Source of the DNA: an uncultured Chlamydiae bacterium
GTDB lineage: Bacteria; Chlamydiota; Chlamydiia; Chlamydiales; SM23-39
NCBI GenBank assembly: GCA_963828125.1
Contig: CAWHDP010000001.1
Coordinates: forward strand, 160,001 to 224,000
DNA: 64,000 nucleotides
Direction of reading: 5' to 3'
The translations under genes and the position numbers were made by a program. Numbering within the stretch: position 1 is the first letter of the stretch; each line of letters starts with the position of its first letter. Below the pieces are notes generated by a model that did no database searches, was not told where the DNA came from, and saw only the letters and a list, made by a program, of their open reading frames with translations. Below are positions 44,498 through 51,724 of the stretch, in pieces.

Positions 44498-44563
44498 ATA
44501 CCGCCATCAGTCAATGACTTGGATTTGGACCGCGCCAAAGCTCCTGCGGATCGATGGCGGTAT
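44498..44563. repeat. 66-bp palindromic element
   Basis: Perfect 11-bp terminal inverted repeat ATACCGCCATC/GATGGCGGTAT; internal TTTGG/CCAAA hairpin. Confidence 0.65.
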
Positions 44564-44670
44564 CATTGCCTTTACCGTAAAATCCCGAAAAAGTTCCCCC
44601 CATATGCCTCTCCGCGATGCCGGATGAACCGTTTTATTATTATAGTTCCGTGCGCGTGTTTATTTAAAAG

Positions 44671-44699
44671 TTGTATGCAATATTTTTATATTATATAAT
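44671..44699 (+). promoter_or_regulatory. Sigma66/70-type promoter
   Basis: TTGTAT-17 nt-TATAAT upstream of AAGG RBS and ATG at 44724. Confidence 0.65.
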
Positions 44700-44723
44700 G
44701 TAACTTTAAAATAAAGGTACAAA

Positions 44724-46169
44724 ATGAATATGTTTATTGAGATGGAGCCAAATTCTTTAAAATATTACCAAATGTCTCTTGCTGTAAGGTCTAAAGCATC
44801 AGTTTTGGAAAAAAATGGAAACAGTGTCTCCGAGGTAGCGTGCCAAGCCATTGCTTCCAACATAGATCGCTCTGCACTCCCTTGTAGCGTCCGTGGCCTC
44901 GTTCAACAAGTCGATCCAGGCAGTAGCATCACGCAAAAACTTAAAGCACAACTTTTTAAAAGAATCTCCTTAGATTGGAAACAAAAACTCATAAACATGT
45001 CTTTGGCCGGCCCTATCCCCAAAATACAATTGTTGCTAGATAGAAAAGCTCAACCAACCTCAGAGGAAATATTTTTAACAATACAGGCTGCGATCAATTT
45101 GGATATCTCTGAAGACCATTTGATTTCTCAATTCGTTCATTGGATGGTCGCTGATTTTGCAAATATACATAATTTGACATATTCAGTTGTAGATCCTAAA
45201 ACTAATCATGCACTCGATGAGTGGATAATAAAAATTGCTAAGACACAAACGGAGCTTGGGCATAAAGATATCACGGACGAGTTACGTCAAAAATTCTTCG
45301 ATCCGCAGATCTCACACATCTTCAAAATCTTTTATATTGTGGAACATGTCAATTTGGTTGTTATAAAAAACCAATTTGCTGAAAAATCAGAAATCTTTAT
45401 GGTAGGCTATCCTTTCAAAACTGGGCCTAAGAATGATCAAAGTTATATTGTTTTTCATCCGGCCATGTTGAAGGAAATTCTCGCTCTTCTGTTCCCAGAC
45501 ACATATCTCAATCCAATTCCTGTGTTAGGGCAAAGAAACATCGAGACTTTTTCAAATGATAATGAACGGATTGTCTCCTTGGTGATGAACCCCTCCCTCC
45601 CGCCCCCAAATCCAGGAAAAATATTACCGCTCCCATTTTATCTTCATGATGGAATCCATTGTATATTCGATTCATCCAATCCGTTTCGTTCTTTTTATAA
45701 TGCGTTAGGAAAGAAACTGAGAGTTGCAGCAAATAATCAAAATAATTCCTCAGAGTTAAAGTTTGCTTTAGAATTTGCCTCGGCGCAAGCAATTGATAAA
45801 ATCTCATCGCAATACTTCTATCTAAAAAATATATACCAACCATTCCCTCGCCGTGGTCTTCAATCCTTTTTGAACGAGCTCATCACGGAATCCTATTTTC
45901 AAATCGATCCAGCAACTGACCACAGTGCAATCGCAATCCATTCGAAGGACCCGAATTTTCGCAATACACTGGAAACGATAATCACGAGACAGATTATTGA
46001 CTGCATACACACGAGCAAAGGCAATGAAAGGCTTTTGGATACTTTAGCAGAAACAGACTTTTCAGAAGACGAATCATGGTACAGAGCGAGTGTAGTCCCC
46101 ATGAGGGAAATTATTCAAGCTGTCAAATCTGTAAAATCCGGTGATGCATCAATTATTCAACCTACTTGA
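44724..46169 (+). CDS. Hypothetical protein (481 aa), AT-rich, effector-like, with an HDxxH motif
   Basis: Long ORF with its own promoter; PIPVLG...FYLHDGIHC. Confidence 0.75.
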   Translation: MNMFIEMEPNSLKYYQMSLAVRSKASVLEKNGNSVSEVACQAIASNIDRSALPCSVRGLVQQVDPGSSITQKLKAQLFKRISLDWKQKLINMSLAGPIPKIQLLLDRKAQPTSEEIFLTIQAAINLDISEDHLISQFVHWMVADFANIHNLTYSVVDPKTNHALDEWIIKIAKTQTELGHKDITDELRQKFFDPQISHIFKIFYIVEHVNLVVIKNQFAEKSEIFMVGYPFKTGPKNDQSYIVFHPAMLKEILALLFPDTYLNPIPVLGQRNIETFSNDNERIVSLVMNPSLPPPNPGKILPLPFYLHDGIHCIFDSSNPFRSFYNALGKKLRVAANNQNNSSELKFALEFASAQAIDKISSQYFYLKNIYQPFPRRGLQSFLNELITESYFQIDPATDHSAIAIHSKDPNFRNTLETIITRQIIDCIHTSKGNERLLDTLAETDFSEDESWYRASVVPMREIIQAVKSVKSGDASIIQPT

Positions 46170-46231
46170 GGCGCGTCTCTATACATCATTTGTGGCCGAG
46201 CTTTGGCCGATTGTCTGGTTCATGGTTTTTG

Positions 46232-47359
46232 TTAATTGTCCTTTTTTTCCAAGGAAGGAGATGGCTTCGATGCGGGTAAAGAGTCCACAGTGGATAAAAA
46301 AGCATGTAACTCTCTCCATGTATTGAATTCCGGCAGCGGCATCAATTCAACCATATGTCTCAGGCGCGAAAACTGAATGGTTCCGGTTTGTTTCAACGAA
46401 TCGTATGTGTCGGTACTAGTAGTATCGTATCCGTATGCGGCTCGAACGTCTATCTTGCGGAACCAGAGGTCATGTTGAGGTTGAACGGATGAAGGAGGGT
46501 CGAACAACTCTCCAATCTGAGTGTCTATATCTTCACAAATCGATTGAAAATCTTCCTTAGTTATCTGAGATATTTCAATGGACATTCTGAACAGATGCCC
46601 ATAGTCTTTCCTTAGAAATCGTCGTATTGGTCCATTTTTGAAAGCAGATACTATTTGCTTAGCAGCGTCTCGCCCTACCAAATGCCATGTCGGGGCTTTG
46701 TAGAAATTGATTTTGAGAGTGTCTCTCATTGATAAAATGGTATTGGGCTGGTCTCGAATAATTGTATTTAACAAATCATCCAACTCTTTCGGTCGTATAC
46801 TTGTTTCGGAGTCCACATTCGTTTCCACTAAGGCAACCATGAGCCTCAAGTGAGGGAAAACAATCGTTCCAGTTGTTGCTTGTGGATCGTAGATTGGGTT
46901 CTCATAGCTGGTATCGTATTGATATCGGGTATCGAGCGGTATTTTCGATTTTCCAAGGTGGTGTCCGATTTGAGGGGCGGGAGGCAGGTCCGATATGTCG
47001 TCGATCTTGCGCACTAATTTTTGCAAAAGCTGGTCAAAATCTTCTTTTCGAATTTCAAGGACTTTAATTTCAAAACGGAATATGTGTCCATAATCTTTCT
47101 GTAAGAATGGTCTTAGTTGCCTATTAAACGTATCCATTATTTTTTGAACCCCAGAATCCAATATGGGGGCTGAAAGCTGCGATAATTGGAATGGCGCAAA
47201 TGATAATGATAATGATGCAAATGATAATGATAATGATGCAACTGCGACATTGATGTCGAGATTTTCCCTAATTGACAAAGGACTGGCGGGTTGGTTTTCA
47301 ACAATGTTGTCTAGCATCCGTCGCGTGTCTAAGGGCTTTGCTTGTGGAATTGGGTTCAT
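46232..47359 (-). CDS. Hypothetical protein with two copies of the locus-specific domain
   Basis: RPFLQKDYGHIFRFEI...EDF...YQYDT...GTIVFPHLRLMV and RRFLRKDYGHLFRMSI...EDF...YGYDT...GTIQFSRLRHMV. Confidence 0.8.
   Translation of the reverse strand: MNPIPQAKPLDTRRMLDNIVENQPASPLSIRENLDINVAVASLSLSFASLSLSFAPFQLSQLSAPILDSGVQKIMDTFNRQLRPFLQKDYGHIFRFEIKVLEIRKEDFDQLLQKLVRKIDDISDLPPAPQIGHHLGKSKIPLDTRYQYDTSYENPIYDPQATTGTIVFPHLRLMVALVETNVDSETSIRPKELDDLLNTIIRDQPNTILSMRDTLKINFYKAPTWHLVGRDAAKQIVSAFKNGPIRRFLRKDYGHLFRMSIEISQITKEDFQSICEDIDTQIGELFDPPSSVQPQHDLWFRKIDVRAAYGYDTTSTDTYDSLKQTGTIQFSRLRHMVELMPLPEFNTWRELHAFLSTVDSLPASKPSPSLEKKDN
47196..47241. repeat. 21-bp in-frame tandem duplication (ASLSLSF twice)
   Basis: GCAAATGATAATGATAATGAT twice, then GCAA. 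Confidence 0.85.
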
Positions 47360-47411
47360 CGCTCGCTCTTTGATTCTCTTTTTTCTATTTGATTTATTTC
47401 ACTGGGGCAAG

Positions 47412-47441
47412 ATTTTACGACCCGCATGTGTATGAAGTCAA
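47412..47441 (-). promoter_or_regulatory. Promoter block shared by the paralog genes, copy 1
   Basis: TTGACT-18 nt-TAAAAT on the minus strand; spacer homologous to the copies at 49668 and 50865. Confidence 0.65.
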
Positions 47442-47528
47442 GCAAATACCAAACCCGAATTTTGTTGGCCGCAGTATATTCAGTTCATTTTTCAATGGAT
47501 GTAAAAACAGGAAAAGATTACGCTCTCT

Positions 47529-47689
47529 GAGCCTATTCGCAATGCGGGACAAAAAATTTGGGGGATCTTTTGGGCGCTTTTCGTCCTTTTTTTCTCGAGA
47601 ATATTCAAGAATATCCTCGCGTCAAAAATCAAGAAAATCATTCCGACGCCTCCTCCCCTCTTTTTTGTGCCGACATTGCGGATAGGCTC
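47529..47689. mobile_element. 161-bp MITE-like element with ~28-bp imperfect terminal inverted repeats
   Basis: Left end GAGCCTATTCGCAATGCGGGACAAAAAA versus reverse complement of right end GAGCCTATCCGCAATGTCGGCACAAAAAA; homologous copies at 49503 and 50700. Confidence 0.7.
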
Positions 47690-47716
47690 TTGCAATTCAA
47701 AAAAAAAGGATAATCT

Positions 47717-48688
47717 ATGAATCTTCAGCCTGTATCACCGTTTCCTGTATCGATCAGACGAGCAGAAGCCATACTGCCAGCGGAGAATCCTCAGCAAATA
47801 CCGGACAGTCCCCAACAATACCCATTCAATGTCCTGGAGATATGTCAGCTGATTCAGCAAAAACACCCGGCAAGCGCTTTATTTGCTAACGGCTGCGACT
47901 TTGTTTCGCATGAGGAGGTAATAGACGAATGGCGCTGGGAGGCGGCACCGGACGCTACGTCAAAGGTATTCGATGCGATACGAGGACAGTTTGCCTGGAT
48001 AAAACAATTCTTATGTCACAATTGGGGGAGACTGCTCATTTGGAATACTAAAGTAGGTAGTGTAACATGGCTTCTGTAAATTCAAACCGTAGGTTTGAAT
48101 TTACAGAAGCCATGTTACACTACCGAGCGATCCGGAGGCTTCATTTTTCCTCATATGAGACTGAAGGTGGAACCCCAACTATCGATGCGGGACAACATGC
48201 CGGAGGATCATGTCCCGGCCCCGTCTATCCTAGCCGTATGTAGGCAAGAGATTCGCAGCCGACAGCCCCGTAGTGCTTTGTTTGCTTCCGGCTGCTTCAC
48301 GATTGAGCAAAAAGGGCTGCTATTAGGCTTCAATTGTAATTTGAAAGATTTCGCAGTAGAGGAGATAATTAATGAGGTAATGAATACATTTAATGAAACT
48401 ATAAGACCGGTGATATCTAAAGATTGTGGAAATATGTGCAGGTACGAGATTACAGTGCGGAAAAAATCTTGCGAGGATTGGGTAAAGATCTGTGAGGGGG
48501 TGAAGAAAAAAATCGGTGAGTTATCGGACAAGCTTGCAGAGGTTTCGTATCCATACGATACGACCTGTTCCTCGACGTTTCAGTCAAAAAAGCAGTTAGG
48601 GAATTTGGTTTTTTCTTCCTTAAGACTGATGGTTGACGAGGCCCCGCCTGTGTTGTCTTCGCCGCAACTGGCAGAGGCGACGTCATAA
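47717..48688 (+). pseudogene. Two-domain paralog interrupted by a 69-bp palindrome carrying an in-frame TAA
   Basis: ORFs 47717-48079 and 48095-48688 share one frame; the first domain lacks its middle; the second (RPVISKDCGNMCRYEI...EDW...YPYDT...GNLVFSSLRLMV) is intact. Confidence 0.7.
48056..48124. mobile_element. Perfect 33-bp inverted repeat with a 3-nt loop (IS-end remnant or mini-MITE)
   Basis: GGTAGTGTAACATGGCTTCTGTAAATTCAAACC-GTA-exact reverse complement. Confidence 0.75.
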
Positions 48689-48714
48689 GCCATCATGCAT
48701 GGTTATGGACGCCC

Positions 48715-48787
48715 GACATTGGCCATTTATGGGCGCTGCGCGCTTCGGATATCTGCTCAGCACCCCCGATCAATGGCCCATGTCCAG
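48715..48787. repeat. GACATTGGCC palindromic element, copy A
   Basis: GACATTGGCCATT...AATGGCCCATGTC long imperfect hairpin between convergent genes. Confidence 0.75.
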
Positions 48788-48789
48788 TG

Positions 48790-49410
48790 TTAGTGATCTT
48801 TTTGTTCTCCTTGCAAAGAAGGCTCCGCCGTCAAGTCCATGGTTGCCGTCAGCGCAGTCAAATCGGCCACCGACGTGGGCGCTAACTCAACTTTGTGTAG
48901 GATGAACTCAAACAAAATTTGTCCCTCGTTCGTTGTTGGATTATGGAGCACTTGGTAACTGCTAGCGTATCCATATTTGGTACTCCTGTTTATTTTATCG
49001 TCTGTAGAGTTTGGTCCTCGTGGGATCTGGGACATTTCCGATACAGAATGTTTCAACTGTGCGAACAGGCCTAGCACAGCCTCAGAAAGTTTCTTAAAAT
49101 CATCTCGAGAGATCGGATTTACTTGAATTGCCCAATGGGACATGTGTCGATAGTCTTCACATAAGTATGGTGCTATATCCCGCACAAAATATGCTATGAA
49201 CTTTTGAGCTAATTGCTTAATCTCCAAGACGTTAAGCTGTTCAGAGGAAGGGGATGAATTATTGAACGTCAAGACATCAGTACGGAAAGAGATCTGTTCT
49301 CGTGCGTTCTTCAAAGGATGGTGAGGGAGGCACTCTTCAATGGCCCCTTCTGCCCAGCTTAGAGCGCGGTGGCTATCAAACAGGGGCTGGTTGCTTGTCG
49401 TTTTGTTCAT
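48790..49410 (-). CDS. Hypothetical protein (206 aa), single-domain paralog A
   Basis: IAPYLCEDYRHMSHWAIQV..ISRDDF...YGYASS...GQILFEFILHKVELAP. Confidence 0.8.
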   Translation of the reverse strand: MNKTTSNQPLFDSHRALSWAEGAIEECLPHHPLKNAREQISFRTDVLTFNNSSPSSEQLNVLEIKQLAQKFIAYFVRDIAPYLCEDYRHMSHWAIQVNPISRDDFKKLSEAVLGLFAQLKHSVSEMSQIPRGPNSTDDKINRSTKYGYASSYQVLHNPTTNEGQILFEFILHKVELAPTSVADLTALTATMDLTAEPSLQGEQKDH

Positions 49411-49502
49411 ATCTTACCAATTTACGTAGTGGACGGTGTTTAATTTTTTTTGTTTTCTACGGGGTTATTCATTGCTGAATTGGCTGGCTCCAATTCAACC
49501 AT

Positions 49503-49642
49503 GAGTCTCATGCGAGAAAAAACAAGGGCGCTTTTCGTCCTTTTTTCTTCGAGAAGATTCAAGAATATTCTCTCGTCAAAAATCAAGAAAATCATCCCGA
49601 AACCCCCTCCCATCTTTTTCTCCCGACATTGCGGATTGGCTC
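49503..49642. mobile_element. Degenerate copy of the 161-bp MITE-like element
   Basis: Aligns with 47572-47689 (GGGCGCTTTTCGTCC...CCGACATTGCGGAT.GGCTC); left end eroded. Confidence 0.65.
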
Positions 49643-49667
49643 GCGTACCGTTAAAGATGTGGAGAAA

Positions 49668-49696
49668 ATTCTACGACTCGCATGTGTATAAGTCAA
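49668..49696 (-). promoter_or_regulatory. Shared promoter block, copy 2
   Basis: TTGACT-17 nt-TAGAAT on the minus strand. Confidence 0.7.
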
Positions 49697-49750
49697 GCGA
49701 ACACTTATCGAATTGCAATTTCAGCGCGCATCGGATATGATCGCTCCGTT

Positions 49751-49911
49751 ATGATAGGGACATTTTTATTTTTGGGCACTGGCGCATCGGCGGGCGTCCC
49801 GATCATCGGCTGCAAGTGTGCTGTTTGCATCTCCACTTCGCGAAAAAACAAGCGTTTCCGCCCCTCGGGGTTGATTCAGCTCGAAGGGAAATCGATCTTG
49901 ATCGACATCGG
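49751..49911 (+). pseudogene. 5' fragment of the PhnP-like gene created by the duplication
   Basis: Same translation as 50948-51108 (MIGTFLFLGTGASAGVP...ILIDIG), then runs into the hairpin element. Confidence 0.9.
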
Positions 49912-49912
49912 T

Positions 49913-49982
49913 ATTGGCCATTTATGGGCGCTGCGCGCTTCGGATATCTGCTCAGCACCCCCGATAAATGGCCCATGTCCAG
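49913..49982. repeat. GACATTGGCC palindromic element, copy B, at the duplication junction
   Basis: Nearly identical to 48718-48787. Confidence 0.8.
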
Positions 49983-49986
49983 TGTG

Positions 49987-50607
49987 TTAGTGATCTTTTT
50001 GTTCTCCTTGCAAAGAAGGCTCCGCCGTCAAGTCCATGGTTGCCGTCATCGCAGTCAAAGCGGTCACCGACGTGGGCGCTAACTCAACTTTGTGTAGGAT
50101 GAACTCAAACAAAATTTGTCCCTCGTTCGTTTCTGGATTATGGAACCGTTGGTGACTGCTAGCGTATCCATATTGGGTACTCCTGTTTATTTTATCGTCT
50201 GTAGAGTTTGGTCCTCGTAGGCTCTCGGACATTTTCGATACAGAATGTTTCAACTGTGCGAACAGGCCTAGCACAGCATCAGAAAGTGTCTTAAAATCAT
50301 CTAGAGAGATCGGCGTTACTTTAATTGCCCAATGGGCCATGTGTTGATAGTCTTCACATAAGTATGGTGCTATACTCTCCACAAAATGTTGTATGCACTG
50401 TCCAGCTAATAGACCAACCTGCAAGACGTTAGTCTGTTTAGAGGAAGCGGATAAAATCTCGAGCGTAAAGAAATCAGTACAGAAAGAGACCTGTGCCTTT
50501 GCGTTCTTCAAAGGATGGTTAGGGAGGTGCTTTTGAATGAACGCTCCTGCCCTGCTTAGAGCGCGGTTGCTATCAAACGGGGACGGGTTGCTTGTCGTTG
50601 TGTTCAT
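49987..50607 (-). CDS. Hypothetical protein (206 aa), single-domain paralog B
   Basis: Colinear and gap-free with 48790-49410; about 73% aa identity by hand count. Confidence 0.8.
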   Translation of the reverse strand: MNTTTSNPSPFDSNRALSRAGAFIQKHLPNHPLKNAKAQVSFCTDFFTLEILSASSKQTNVLQVGLLAGQCIQHFVESIAPYLCEDYQHMAHWAIKVTPISLDDFKTLSDAVLGLFAQLKHSVSKMSESLRGPNSTDDKINRSTQYGYASSHQRFHNPETNEGQILFEFILHKVELAPTSVTALTAMTATMDLTAEPSLQGEQKDH

Positions 50608-50699
50608 ATCTTACCAATTTACGTAGTGGACGGTGTTTAATTTTTTTTGTTTTCTACGGGGTTATTCATTGCTGAATTGGCTGGCTCCAATTCAACCAT

Positions 50700-50839
50700 G
50701 AGTCTCATGCGAGAAAAAACAAGGGCGCTTTTCGTCCTTTTTTCTTCGAGAAGATTCAAGAATATTCTCTCGTCAAAAATCAAGAAAATCATCCCGAAAC
50801 CCCCTCCCATCTTTTTCTCCCGACATTGCGGATTGGCTC
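50700..50839. mobile_element. Degenerate copy of the 161-bp MITE-like element
   Basis: Identical to 49503-49642. Confidence 0.65.
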
Positions 50840-50864
50840 GCGTACCGTTAAAGATGTGGAGAAA

Positions 50865-50893
50865 ATTCTACGACTCGCATGTGTATAAGTCAA
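50865..50893 (-). promoter_or_regulatory. Shared promoter block, copy 3
   Basis: TTGACT-17 nt-TAGAAT on the minus strand. Confidence 0.7.
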
Positions 50894-50947
50894 GCGAACA
50901 CTTATCGAATTGCAATTTCAGCGCGCATCGGATATGATCGCTCCGTT

Positions 50948-51724
50948 ATGATAGGAACATTTTTATTTTTGGGCACTGGCGCATCGGCGGGCGTCCCGAT
51001 CATCGGCTGCAAGTGTGCTGTTTGCATCTCCACTTCGCGAAAAAACAAGCGTTTCCGCCCCTCGGGGTTGATTCAGCTCGAAGGGAAATCGATCTTGATC
51101 GACATCGGGCCCGATTTTAGGAGCCAGGCGATCCAATTCGGAGTCGAATCGATCGACGGGCTTCTGCTGACTCATACCCACTACGACCATATAGCAGGTA
51201 TTGACGAGGTCCGAATTTTCAATGTGCGGCAAAAAAAACCGCTCCCCTGTCTTCTCTCCAAGGAGAGTTATGAAGAGCTCCAGAGAAGGTATTATTATTT
51301 TTTCGATGTGAAGGGGCAGAGTGCAAAGTTGGACTGTATCCCGTTGGACGGCCAGAGGGGGGAGGTCGAATTTTTGGGGTTGAAAATCGGTTTTTGCAGT
51401 TATTTCCAAAGCGTGATGAAGGTCACTGGCTTTCGGATCGGCGAGTTTGCCTATATTTCCGATATTCACAAAATGGACGACGCCATCATTCAGTCTCTCA
51501 GGGGAGTGCGTAAGCTCGTGGTGAGTGCGTTGGGGGTTGAAGATTCTCCTTTCCACTTCTCTTTTCGGCAGGCTGTTGATTTTGCTGAAAACGTGGGAGC
51601 GGAGGAGACTTGGCTCACTCATGCGGGGCATTTCCTCGATCACGACGCGATCGACGCCCTTTTGCCCGTTAACGTGAGAATGGGGTATGATGGACTCAGG
51701 TGGGAGTTCACATGCACGAATTGA
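50948..51724 (+). CDS. MBL-fold metallo-hydrolase (PhnP-like)
   Basis: FLGTGASAGVP..GC.C.VC, THTHYDHIAG, AYISD, LTH. Confidence 0.92.
   Translation: MIGTFLFLGTGASAGVPIIGCKCAVCISTSRKNKRFRPSGLIQLEGKSILIDIGPDFRSQAIQFGVESIDGLLLTHTHYDHIAGIDEVRIFNVRQKKPLPCLLSKESYEELQRRYYYFFDVKGQSAKLDCIPLDGQRGEVEFLGLKIGFCSYFQSVMKVTGFRIGEFAYISDIHKMDDAIIQSLRGVRKLVVSALGVEDSPFHFSFRQAVDFAENVGAEETWLTHAGHFLDHDAIDALLPVNVRMGYDGLRWEFTCTN

Larger units (their letters stand above)
48718..51108. repeat. Tandem duplication, unit about 1195-1197 bp (48718-49912 and 49913-51108)
   Basis: Each unit holds the hairpin, a 206-aa gene, a MITE remnant, the promoter and the 5' part of the PhnP-like gene; constant offset of 1197 bp over most of the unit. 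Confidence 0.95.

Noticed and set aside
48790..50607. Diversity-generating retroelement (TR/VR pair) as the explanation for the divergent twins
   Set aside because: Differences are not confined to adenines of either copy (for example CCC/TCC, GGG/GCG) and are spread over about 560 bp. Both copies are full ORFs, and no reverse transcriptase lies in the window. An unseen template elsewhere cannot be fully excluded.
49450..50937. Duplicated 96-aa ORFs (49450-49740, 50647-50937) and the chimeric ORF 49682-49990
   Set aside because: They run through the MITE remnant, promoter and hairpin, or are the truncated PhnP-like fragment; no RBS or protein-like motifs.
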